DNA from: an uncultured Candidatus Saccharibacteria bacterium | GTDB lineage: Bacteria > Patescibacteriota > Minisyncoccia > UBA6257 | Reading direction: 5' to 3' | DNA: 64,000 bases | NCBI GenBank assembly: GCA_964479005.1 | Contig: CAYZJA010000001.1 | Location: 192,001 to 256,000 of the forward strand | Part shown: positions 46,449 through 54,493 of the stretch, in pieces | How positions within the stretch are numbered: the first letter of the stretch is position 1 | How the letters are laid out: each line of letters opens with the position of its first letter | Translations under genes and position numbers: made by a program | The notes under the pieces: model-generated | Databases searched by the model: none | What the model saw: only the letters and a program-made list of their open reading frames with translations | What the model was told of the DNA's origin: nothing

Positions 46449-46477
46449 ATTATATAACATTATATAATTTAAGTCAA
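46449..46477 (-). promoter_or_regulatory. minus-strand promoter TTGACT-17-TATAAT for the small-peptide operon
   Basis: Reverse complement: TTGACTtaaattatataatgttaTATAAT. Confidence 0.5.
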
Positions 46478-46546
46478 TATTATATGAAACCATAAAAAAT
46501 GGCCAAATAATGACCATTTTTTAATATTTTATATCTCTAATAAAAT

Positions 46547-46810
46547 CTACGCGCTTGCTTTTTCAATAATAGCATCAGGTTCTTCAATTATTGTACCAAA
46601 GTCATCTTTTTTTGTTTCAACTATTTCACCGTCTAAATCAATTTTAGCAATATCATGATCATCAAATTCAATTCCTTTGTCTTCCATCCATGCTTTAAAT
46701 TCTTCATCATCTGGCTCGCCACCACTATGCTCTAACCATTCTTTCTTTGTTATTTTTGGAATCCCTTTTTTTTCGGGATTAGGAGTTGGAATATTTTCAA
46801 TACTACCCAT
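46547..46810 (-). CDS. hypothetical acidic protein (87 aa)
   Basis: ORF only. Confidence 0.3.
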   Translation of the reverse strand: MGSIENIPTPNPEKKGIPKITKKEWLEHSGGEPDDEEFKAWMEDKGIEFDDHDIAKIDLDGEIVETKKDDFGTIIEEPDAIIEKASA

Positions 46811-46891
46811 ATTTTTATTATTAATTAATCATTGTTAACAAGAACATACATCGACCATTAAAATTATATAAAAATCATATCATAATATACC

Positions 46892-47443
46892 TTAATGGTC
46901 AATATGAAAGTTGCCTTTATTTTGTTGCGCTTTCCCATATCCTTTTGATATAAATCGTACTCTTTTTTCTCTAATATCTATTATTTGATATTTAAAATAA
47001 AACCCTATTCCTCCTATTGTCTCACAATAAATCTTTAAAATTCCCCCGTTTAGTTCCTTTGGATTTTCTATTTCATCATTAGGTTTTTTTACAATTTCTA
47101 TAGACAATTCCTCTTGTAAACCAATCTGATGATTTTGATATTTTACGATTTTAAAATTATCGCTCTCAATATATGTATTTAAAGCAACATCATTACCTTC
47201 ATTACGAATCTGTAAAAAATAATCAGAATCAGCAATTAAATAACCATTCTCTTTAATCTTTTCTTGTTTATTCTTGGAGTATTCTTTTATACTTTTAATA
47301 TCTAAAATTAAGACGGGTTCTCGCCTTTTGTTTTTAATAAAACGAATTGATAATAAAGAAATAATAATTGGCGCCATAAATTGTATGAATTGTACTAATC
47401 CAGGATTTTGGCTAAACCAATCTTTAATTCCCTCAATATACAT
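46892..47443 (-). CDS. hypothetical membrane-anchored protein (183 aa)
   Basis: N-terminal TM. Confidence 0.3.
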   Translation of the reverse strand: MYIEGIKDWFSQNPGLVQFIQFMAPIIISLLSIRFIKNKRREPVLILDIKSIKEYSKNKQEKIKENGYLIADSDYFLQIRNEGNDVALNTYIESDNFKIVKYQNHQIGLQEELSIEIVKKPNDEIENPKELNGGILKIYCETIGGIGFYFKYQIIDIREKRVRFISKGYGKAQQNKGNFHIDH

Positions 47444-47594
47444 AATATATTCTTTATTCTAATTATATACTGTATTTTATCAAAAAAAATGCTGTCGCCT
47501 TTCGAAATTAGATAGCAAGCTATTTAATATCTCTAGACAACAGCATCCCCATTATAGCAAATCAAAATAATTTGTCAAGCCCTACCCCAATTTT

Positions 47595-48350
47595 TTAATC
47601 AAGTTCTATTCCTATTGGACAATGGTCTGAATAAATAACTTTATTGAGAATGAAACTTTTCTTAATTTTTGGAATTATCATTTTTGAAACAAAAACATAA
47701 TCTAACCGCCAGCCAAGATTTCTTTCTTTTGCATTGAATCTATATGGCCACCAAGTATAATTTTCTCCTTTTTTATTGAATTTTCTAAATGTATCAATAA
47801 ACCCTAATTCAATTATTCTATCTATTTGCCTTCTTTCTTCTAAAGTGAACATTATATTATTTTTATTATCTTCCGGTCTGGCTAAATCAATTTCCTTATG
47901 AGCTATATTAAAATCACCAATTAATATAATGTTTTTATCTTGAATCTTTTTCAAATAATTAATGAGACGATTATAAGTTTTTAATTTGTAAGCAAGATTC
48001 CTTTTATCGTGCGCTCCGTGTGGAAAGTAAAGATTAATTAAAGTAAAACCAGGATATTTAAGCCTTAAAATCCTTCCTTCTTGGTCAAATCTTTTTAATC
48101 CTAATTTATACTCAATTCTTAATGGTTTCTTCTTAGTATAAACAGCTGCACCACTATATCCTTTTCTTTCTGCAAAATTAAAATAAGAATAATATCCTTC
48201 TGGTTTAATCAATTCTTCTGGTATTTGTCCTTTTTGTGCTTTTATTTCCTGTAGACATAATATATCTGGATTGGTTTTTCTCATCCATTTGAAAAAATTC
48301 TTTCTATATACCGCCCTTATTCCATTAACATTCCATGAAATAATCTTCAT
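47595..48350 (-). CDS. xth: exodeoxyribonuclease III (AP endonuclease, EEP family)
   Basis: MKIISWNVNGIRA, LCLQE, GDFNIAH, SDHCPI. Confidence 0.85.
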   Translation of the reverse strand: MKIISWNVNGIRAVYRKNFFKWMRKTNPDILCLQEIKAQKGQIPEELIKPEGYYSYFNFAERKGYSGAAVYTKKKPLRIEYKLGLKRFDQEGRILRLKYPGFTLINLYFPHGAHDKRNLAYKLKTYNRLINYLKKIQDKNIILIGDFNIAHKEIDLARPEDNKNNIMFTLEERRQIDRIIELGFIDTFRKFNKKGENYTWWPYRFNAKERNLGWRLDYVFVSKMIIPKIKKSFILNKVIYSDHCPIGIELD

Positions 48351-48435
48351 ATTCTAATTCTACCCCTTTAACAGGCTCAGGGCAAACAAAAAATCGCCTC
48401 TTTCACCATTTTAAAAGTATTCCAATAAATTTAAA

Positions 48436-48462
48436 ACCCCGGTTTTAAACCAACCGGGGCTC
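48436..48462 (-). terminator. intrinsic terminator CCCCGGTT...AACCGGGG for the 48504-49109 gene
   Basis: 8-bp GC stem followed on the minus strand by TTTTAAATTTATT. Confidence 0.55.
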
Positions 48463-48503
48463 TTAAAATACTTTGATGAATATACAATTAGTTTGTATAT
48501 TCT

Positions 48504-49109
48504 TTAGGGAAGATAATATGGCATAGAAGCAAAGCCGAAGAAGAAAACAAGACCAATGATAATACATGCTAACACACCTACGCAAACAATAATATCTTCT
48601 TTATTGTCGTAATGAAAGTTTATTTCTCCTAAACCTTCACCCCAGGACCAACCTTCAATCCAGTACCTCCTATTTCCTTCTCTGTATTCATACAAATCAC
48701 TGTAAATAATCACTCCAAGTCCGCTAACAACAGCCGAGTATATTTTACTCAAGGAATAGTATCTATCTGTTTTAAGAAACTTGGATTCCTTTTTTCTAAG
48801 TTCAAAAAACGTATAAATAGTTCCTTCTGGTACCAATTCTAAAAATTGCTCCAAGCTGTCACACAGCACTGCATAATTTCCAAGAATACCAGCTTTTATT
48901 TCTTCTGAAAATTCCCCTTCTACACTATCAAACATATTCTCTATATTCACTTCTACCGCTCCATGAATTTTTTCTGACTTGAACATAATCTCTACATCTT
49001 TACTAAAGTGAATCAGAAAAACCACAGACCAAATTACAAAAATGCCTACTACAACTAAACTAATTATCATCCAGCATTTCAATCCTTTATTCTTCTTTCG
49101 ATTACTCAT
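48504..49109 (-). CDS. hypothetical membrane protein (201 aa; N- and C-terminal TM)
   Basis: ORF; SD AAGGGAGGAAG; preceded by the R1 leader module. Confidence 0.4.
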   Translation of the reverse strand: MSNRKKNKGLKCWMIISLVVVGIFVIWSVVFLIHFSKDVEIMFKSEKIHGAVEVNIENMFDSVEGEFSEEIKAGILGNYAVLCDSLEQFLELVPEGTIYTFFELRKKESKFLKTDRYYSLSKIYSAVVSGLGVIIYSDLYEYREGNRRYWIEGWSWGEGLGEINFHYDNKEDIIVCVGVLACIIIGLVFFFGFASMPYYLP

Positions 49110-49128
49110 TTTTCTTCCTCCCTTTTAA

Positions 49129-49340
49129 ATTTTTTTATTTTATATTATTAAACTATTTACTATATAACTAACTACTAATAATTTATAATAATCAGTTATA
49201 TAGTAAATAGTAAAAATATTGTTTTTCAAAGAACTAAAAATATCCTATTACAGGATATCATAAGTATAACATATTTTATATTGTTAGTCAATATATAATT
49301 TAGCTGGGGCTATGGAACGATGTTGGAACTTATTTCATAG
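49129..49340 (-). promoter_or_regulatory. R1 promoter-leader module: GTTCCA direct repeats, TTGACT-17-TATACT, operator palindrome ATATCCTATTACAGGATAT, perfect 18-bp inverted repeat in the leader
   Basis: About 80% identical to R2 (50262-50460); -35 at 49286-91, -10 at 49263-68, palindrome 49240-58, stem arms 49152-69 and 49194-211. Confidence 0.6.
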
Positions 49341-49345
49341 AAAAA

Positions 49346-49702
49346 TCACAATTTTAATTCTGAAATTATTGTTCTTCCAGATTCTTCTTTCTTTTTAAAA
49401 ATTAAGAATTTGGGACTAATCTTCAAATTTGGATCATTTGATGTCTCGGGTTTTAAAAACTCTGCTATTCCCTGAATTTGGAGTGTACCTTCTCTTGTTT
49501 GATCATCTATGACTAAAGAAACTGTTTGATTATTTAACAGATTTTTAAACTTTAATGAATCAGGGTTAGTTGAAATATATATATTAAAATCATCATCAAC
49601 TATATAATTAACTGTTGCTGCCCAGGGTCTATCTTCATAAGAAGTAGCCAACACACAATGCTTATGTTCTTTTAACCATTTTTTAATAAGTTCCTTTTCC
49701 AT
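49346..49702 (-). CDS. pyridoxamine 5'-phosphate oxidase-like FMN-binding split-barrel protein
   Basis: KWLKEHKHCVLATSYEDRPWAATVNY typical of the PNPOx-like / general stress protein 26 family. Confidence 0.6.
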   Translation of the reverse strand: MEKELIKKWLKEHKHCVLATSYEDRPWAATVNYIVDDDFNIYISTNPDSLKFKNLLNNQTVSLVIDDQTREGTLQIQGIAEFLKPETSNDPNLKISPKFLIFKKKEESGRTIISELKL

Positions 49703-49790
49703 TGTTCATATTTTACCAAAAAATCGCCTCTTTGACTATTTTAATTTAGCTACCCCTATGAAACGATATTGGAACCCATTTCATTAAATA

Positions 49791-49830
49791 AAATGGAGGC
49801 TGAAGAAATCTTATTTCTTTGCCTCCATTT
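49791..49830 (-). terminator. intrinsic terminator AAATGGAGGC...GCCTCCATTT
   Basis: 10-bp stem; on the minus strand followed by TTTATTTAAT. Confidence 0.55.
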
Positions 49831-49837
49831 AAAAAAA

Positions 49838-50242
49838 TTATTCCTCTATTACTTTTTTTATCATTTGTGCTTCAATCTCATTAGCTATAGCCGATACTAT
49901 AAGTGCAAACGTGAGCATTCCGTTTGCAATAGTACCAGTAACATCATGAAAGAACAAATAATTTCCCATGGCCACCCAGAAAAGAGCTACTGTAAACATT
50001 TCTTTGATAAAAATACCCCTCCTTATTCCACCCTTTGTGATGCTCCCGTAGATAATCCGAAGCATTGTTTTACTTGGGTTTCCCTTATGAGTAGGTACTT
50101 CTAGAGCTAAAAATATAGCTACTGCAGGACAAAAGAGAATTCCTGGATTGCGTGTTGCCCAAATCAACAATATCAGAAATGAAACTATTGAAAGCACAAC
50201 TCCTATTGCGTGAAGTACAGATATATATACTGGTCTATTCAT
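49838..50242 (-). CDS. hypothetical membrane protein (about 134 aa, 4 TM)
   Basis: The ATG (M4 of the ORF-track protein) sits 8 nt after SD AGGAGG; preceded by the R2 module. Confidence 0.4.
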   Translation of the reverse strand: MNRPVYISVLHAIGVVLSIVSFLILLIWATRNPGILFCPAVAIFLALEVPTHKGNPSKTMLRIIYGSITKGGIRRGIFIKEMFTVALFWVAMGNYLFFHDVTGTIANGMLTFALIVSAIANEIEAQMIKKVIEE

Positions 50243-50261
50243 TTTTTCCACCTCCTTTCAA

Positions 50262-50460
50262 ATTTTAATTAATATTAAACTACCTGTTATATAACTGACC
50301 ACTAATAATGTAATGACCAGTTATATAACAAGTAGTAAGTATATTGTTTTTCAAACAACTAAAAATATCCTATTACAGGATATTATAAATATAACATATT
50401 CTATGTTAGGAGTCAATACATAGCTGGTCCTATGGAACGATGTTGGAACCTATTTGGCTC
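50262..50460 (-). promoter_or_regulatory. R2 promoter-leader module (paralogue of R1): GTTCCA repeats, TTGACT-17-TATATT, the same operator palindrome, 18-bp stem with compensatory changes
   Basis: -35 at 50411-16, -10 at 50388-93, palindrome 50365-83, stem arms 50280-97 and 50318-35. Confidence 0.6.
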
Positions 50461-50543
50461 TCCTTCATTGAATACGCTTATAACTTTAGATTGATGAACT
50501 ATAGTAAAAGATTTATTTCTATTTGATAATTTAAATTTGAAAA

Positions 50544-50990
50544 TTATGGAAATATCCAATTGAGCAATTTGGTTTCTATCTTTTCCCGTAGCACAATGTT
50601 TTGAATTTTACCTATCAGCGAATTTTGAGAAAAAATGCATCCGTCAATCCTGGTTGCCTGACAAATAATTGCTCTCATCGGCTGTCTATAAATCTCCTTT
50701 GGATGTAAAAATTGATAATCGGATAATTTTATTATTTCATTTACTTTATCCTCGTAAAGCTTAGTTTTAGATAAGGGAATAGCAAATGCCATACTCTGAG
50801 ACCAAAAAGATTGATCCAGCCAAAGTATAATCGGTCTTGGTTTACCAATAACATTGCTCACTGTGTTATTTTGTCCGCAATAAGGACAAGAATAATTTGT
50901 AATAGAAAAATCCCTGCAACAGCGCGGATTAGAACATTTAATTGTTTCCGGAAATCTAGATATATAAATAATATCCCATTTGTGAAACAT
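50544..50990 (-). CDS. MazF/PemK-like toxin-fold protein with a 4-Cys zinc-ribbon insertion
   Basis: WDIIYISRFPE...[CSNPRCC...CPYC]...GKPRPIILW...AFAIPLSKT follows the MazF/PemK consensus, with a C-x4-CC...C-x2-C insert after strand 1. Confidence 0.5.
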   Translation of the reverse strand: MFHKWDIIYISRFPETIKCSNPRCCRDFSITNYSCPYCGQNNTVSNVIGKPRPIILWLDQSFWSQSMAFAIPLSKTKLYEDKVNEIIKLSDYQFLHPKEIYRQPMRAIICQATRIDGCIFSQNSLIGKIQNIVLREKIETKLLNWIFP

Positions 50991-50993
50991 ATT

Positions 50994-51521
50994 TTAAAAT
51001 GGCAAATCTTCTTTTTCTTCCGGCTCTGATTCCGTTTTTTTTGCAACATCCAAAATATCGTCCCTTTTTGATTCTTGAACAATTGGAAGTTTATAAACTA
51101 TATCAAGCAAATTTTGAAGACTAAGATTACCAAATGAATCAACGACTTCATCAATTATTAATAATTTTTCAGGGCCGAGCGATTTTAATAACTGTTCTTT
51201 TATAGAAACTTCCTTTTTTAAATAATATCTGGTATAGGATTTAGTTTCCTTTCTAGTTAAAGGAAACTTCTTTATTTCAATATACCCAATGTTAGAAAGA
51301 TGATTAGTATAATTGTCTAATTCTACTGTAAACGGGCCGTGTAAATATTTTTTGTATTCCATCACGGTAATTTTTTCTTTTAATCTCCGCATTGCTAAAA
51401 TATCACTCAAAAAAAGTAATTTTTGAAGATGGGTTTTACCGAGAATACCATCTAATCTTGAAATCAAATAAAAAACCACTGCGAGAGTATCTTTATCTAA
51501 CTTAGCTTCGCTTTTGACCAT
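50994..51521 (-). CDS. Panacea-domain (DUF4065, SocA-like) putative antitoxin
   Basis: HLQKLLFLSDILAMRRLKEKITVMEYKKYLHGPFTVEL matches the Panacea core; 4 nt upstream of the MazF-like gene. Confidence 0.55.
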   Translation of the reverse strand: MVKSEAKLDKDTLAVVFYLISRLDGILGKTHLQKLLFLSDILAMRRLKEKITVMEYKKYLHGPFTVELDNYTNHLSNIGYIEIKKFPLTRKETKSYTRYYLKKEVSIKEQLLKSLGPEKLLIIDEVVDSFGNLSLQNLLDIVYKLPIVQESKRDDILDVAKKTESEPEEKEDLPF

Positions 51522-51603
51522 AATATTGAACTTTCTTTATTTTAAGTATAGCCTAAAAAGAAAGTCAAGTAAACAAACCAGTAATAACTTTTCTTTCATA
51601 GAT

Positions 51604-51915
51604 TTATTTATTTTGCTCTTTCTTCGCTGAATTAAAAATATTAGCTTCTATCTTTTTCATTATTCTTCCGCCAATAGATATATAAACGATAAAGGCTAAA
51701 ACAATTGTTGTGATTCCAGCTATCCAAGAAAAAATAAAAAACGTAGTAATAATTAATATAATCCCTAAGATAATAAGGGAATTATTCCAAATCAAAACAT
51801 TTGGTTTTTTAGATAGAATCTTCTTGGACCAAGTATTATTAACAGTAATATAGGCAATAATCAATATTGATCCTAACAATAGTAAATAAAAGATATTTCC
51901 AAAAAATTCAAACAT
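51604..51915 (-). CDS. hypothetical membrane protein (103 aa, 3 TM)
   Basis: ORF only. Confidence 0.35.
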   Translation of the reverse strand: MFEFFGNIFYLLLLGSILIIAYITVNNTWSKKILSKKPNVLIWNNSLIILGIILIITTFFIFSWIAGITTIVLAFIVYISIGGRIMKKIEANIFNSAKKEQNK

Positions 51916-52023
51916 AGATTTATTTTAACTTCTTTCGCCACGCCTAGTACCCATTGTTTATTCTACCAAAAAATCGCCTCTTTGGCGATTTCGATGTATC
52001 TCGGTCCCTCGATAAAAAAACTA

Positions 52024-52062
52024 GACGGCTGGGGGACTAGGATTCGAACCACTCGGGTCGTC
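52024..52062 (-). other. decayed tRNA 3'-end fragment (T-arm GGTTCGAATCC plus acceptor-like TCCCCCA), possible att remnant
   Basis: The plus-strand text tggggga-ctagg-ATTCGAA-cc parallels the T-arm and acceptor layout of the intact tRNA at 52732-52821, but the T-stem 3' arm is mismatched and no 5' half exists. Confidence 0.45.
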
Positions 52063-52082
52063 CTATTGTCCCAACAATATCC

Positions 52083-52676
52083 TCATAATAGATAATCTGG
52101 AATAGGATAATCTTTAAATTCATTTAAAAGTAATTTTCCAAAAATCAATCTTGAAAATGCCTCTGCTTCCACTTTTGCTCCAGTTAAGGCATTATGGGGC
52201 CTTGGTTCATCAGGTAATCCTATATAATTTAAAATTTTATCTGAATTTAGATCTGTTTTATTATCTTTTATTGGAGGTTTGAGCCCTCTTTTAAGATAAT
52301 GGGTGTAGCATAAAGAATGTAAATCAATGGTCCTATAACTAAGAGTCCATTCAATTCCATATTTTTGCATAGAAGATTTAAGAAAATCTCTATCAAATGA
52401 TGGATTTTCGCCAGCCATTGTTTTGTCTTTAATATCTTCTGCCCATTTAAGAAAATCCTTTATTATTTCTTCTAAATTTCTTTTATTAGGATCTATAATT
52501 TCTGCGTTCGAAAAACCATTAATTTTTAATGCTTCTTCTGTCACTTCTGCGCCATCCCAAATTTTGCATTCTTGATAAAATTGATTTTCTGGATTAAAAA
52601 AATCTACAGCTCCAATGCTTACGATTGAATTTTTGTAAGGATCCAGTCCAGTTGTTTCAGTATCAACTACTATCAT
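52083..52676 (-). CDS. DnaQ-like DEDDh 3'-5' exonuclease
   Basis: MIVVDTETTGLDP (Exo I), later H-x4-D motif region. Confidence 0.7.
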   Translation of the reverse strand: MIVVDTETTGLDPYKNSIVSIGAVDFFNPENQFYQECKIWDGAEVTEEALKINGFSNAEIIDPNKRNLEEIIKDFLKWAEDIKDKTMAGENPSFDRDFLKSSMQKYGIEWTLSYRTIDLHSLCYTHYLKRGLKPPIKDNKTDLNSDKILNYIGLPDEPRPHNALTGAKVEAEAFSRLIFGKLLLNEFKDYPIPDYLL

Positions 52677-52729
52677 ATGTTTTTATTATTTTTAAAATAT
52701 GATTCAAAATTAACATTTTTTGCTTATTT

Positions 52730-52821
<92 letters not shown>

Positions 52822-52876
52822 ATATTTACCTACCCAAATTTTATAACAAAAACTTGGGTAGATAAATTACTAGTCT

Positions 52877-53266
52877 TTAAATTTTAATCTTGCTAGCGTA
52901 TTTTCCTAAAACAGGTAATTCTTTTGTTTTGTCTCCTAAAACATTAATAATACCCACAATAGATAATATTATCCATAACAAGCTAGCTAAAGGAGCAATA
53001 ATCCAACCAAGAAAAGGAATTGCAGCGACAAAAGCTGTTATTACTTCAGCAATAAAAAGGACTAATCCTTGTTTAGCGTGAAAGAAAACAAATTCGTCAT
53101 CTTTCTTTGTTAAAAGAGGGATAAGGCATAAAACTCCAATATAGCTTAAAATAGCTATTAATTTATTATCCTCAGCTTTTTTAGGAGCTTGTTCTGGTGT
53201 TTCTGGGGTAGATGTTTGTTCTGGGGCTTGTTCTTCTAAAGGTTCTTTTTGAATATCTTCGTCCAT
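52877..53266 (-). CDS. DUF4870-like small membrane protein with an acidic N-terminal tail
   Basis: LIAILSYIGVLCLIPLLTKKDDEFVFFHAKQGLVLF. Confidence 0.5.
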   Translation of the reverse strand: MDEDIQKEPLEEQAPEQTSTPETPEQAPKKAEDNKLIAILSYIGVLCLIPLLTKKDDEFVFFHAKQGLVLFIAEVITAFVAAIPFLGWIIAPLASLLWIILSIVGIINVLGDKTKELPVLGKYASKIKI

Positions 53267-53395
53267 AATTTTAATTAATTTTGTTAAATTTTTTATTTCG
53301 ACCTCATAAACATTTTAGCAAATTTTTCTTATTTTGTCATTAATATTAATTAAATAACAAATAATAACTAACAATTAAAAATATAAAATTTCTCA

Positions 53396-53592
53396 AGAAG
53401 CAAGTATTTGCTCCTGAACGACATTAGTGGAAGCAGAGATACAAACAAATGAAACGAATGATAGGGAAAGCCGAAACTGGAGCGGAGCCACGTTTGACGT
53501 GGCGGAGCGGAATTTCGGAAGGCTTCCAGAGCGAGTGAATATTGTTTGTCTCTGCTGGAATGCAGGAGAGAAGGGGGAAATACTTGCTTCTA
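53396..53592. ncRNA. candidate roughly 197-nt rod-like structured RNA (6S-like architecture), strand undetermined
   Basis: Perfect 13-bp closing helix GAAGCAAGTATTT/AAATACTTGCTTC (53397-409 and 53578-590); further long-range pairs CTCCTG/CAGGAG and GCAGAGATACAAACAAAT/ATATTGTTTGTCTCTGC; apical hairpin carries the CCACGTTTGACGTGG motif; unusually GC-rich; 323-nt intergenic. Confidence 0.45.
53478..53510. repeat. palindromic motif copy B (reverse complement CCGCTCCG-CCACGTCAAACGTGG-CTCCGCTCC)
   Basis: Same core and flank pattern as 43605-43633, inverted orientation, at the apex of the rod-like structure. Confidence 0.6.
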
Positions 53593-54474
53593 CACATCCA
53601 TTTGTCTCAAAGCCTTTACCCTTTCTTCTATAAGAGGATGAGTCATCCAAAGCTTGCTTACTGCTTTTTTTCTAAAAGGATTAGAAATAAAAAGATGGCT
53701 TGTCGCATTTGAAGCAACTCGTAAAGGATTTGGATCCTGAGAAATTTTCTCTAATGCACGTGCTAATCCTTCTGGATAGCGAGTTAAAAGCGCTCCTGAA
53801 GCATCAGCTAAGAACTCCCTTTTTCTTGATATGGCTAGTTTGAGTAAAGTAGCTGCTAAAGGCGCTATAATAGCGGCTACGATGCCAATTACCAGCATAA
53901 TAAGACCTAAATTACCTTTACTATCTCTATTTCTTCTTCCCCAAAACAAAGACCTGAAAAGCCAATCTGATAATAAAGCAATCATACCAACCAAAACCAC
54001 AACTACTGAGGATAAAAGAATATCACGATTGCCAATATGAGCTAATTCATGAGCAATAACTCCTTCTAATTCAGATTTTTCCAATTTATCTAATAATCCT
54101 TGCGTGACACAAACAACCCCGTGTTTAGCATCTCTCCCAGTGGCAAATGCATTAGGAGAAATATCATCAATAATATAAATCTTCGGCATTGGCAATCCAG
54201 CTGTAATAGAAAGATTTTCCACTATCCTGTATAATTCTGGATTATCCTCTTTTTTTATTGGTTTTGATTTAGTTAAAGCAAGAATAATTTTATCAGAATG
54301 CCAATAACTGGAAAAACTCCAAAATACACTAAAAATAACAGCAATATATAAAATCAACAACGATTCAAAAATATAACTAAAAACCCATCCTAAGGCAATA
54401 ATTAATATCAAAAAAACCGTGATTAAAAACCACGTTTTCCGAATATTAGAATCGACTTGTGTGTAAAGAGTCAC
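53590..54474 (-). CDS. htpX: zinc metalloprotease HtpX (M48)
   Basis: HELAHIGN (HExxH), 4 TM. Confidence 0.85.
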   Translation of the reverse strand: MTLYTQVDSNIRKTWFLITVFLILIIALGWVFSYIFESLLILYIAVIFSVFWSFSSYWHSDKIILALTKSKPIKKEDNPELYRIVENLSITAGLPMPKIYIIDDISPNAFATGRDAKHGVVCVTQGLLDKLEKSELEGVIAHELAHIGNRDILLSSVVVVLVGMIALLSDWLFRSLFWGRRNRDSKGNLGLIMLVIGIVAAIIAPLAATLLKLAISRKREFLADASGALLTRYPEGLARALEKISQDPNPLRVASNATSHLFISNPFRKKAVSKLWMTHPLIEERVKALRQMDV

Positions 54475-54493
54475 AAATTAGTAGCGCAGCAAT

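Noticed and set aside
52024-52062. Possible second full tRNA gene next to the DnaQ-like exonuclease
   Set aside because: Only a T-arm-like GGTTCGAATCC and a 7-nt acceptor-like strand are present. The T-stem arms do not pair (CTAGG versus CCACT), there is no matching 5' acceptor strand within 100 nt, and the 3' end reads CCG rather than CCA. It was called a decayed fragment instead.
53396-53592. Calling the rod-like element definitively 6S RNA, SRP RNA, RNase P RNA or tmRNA
   Set aside because: No RNase P (GGAAAGUCCGG...), tmRNA (tRNA-like ends, tag ORF) or SRP domain IV signatures were recognised with confidence. The 6S resemblance is architectural only. It needs a covariance-model search, so it is reported as a candidate.
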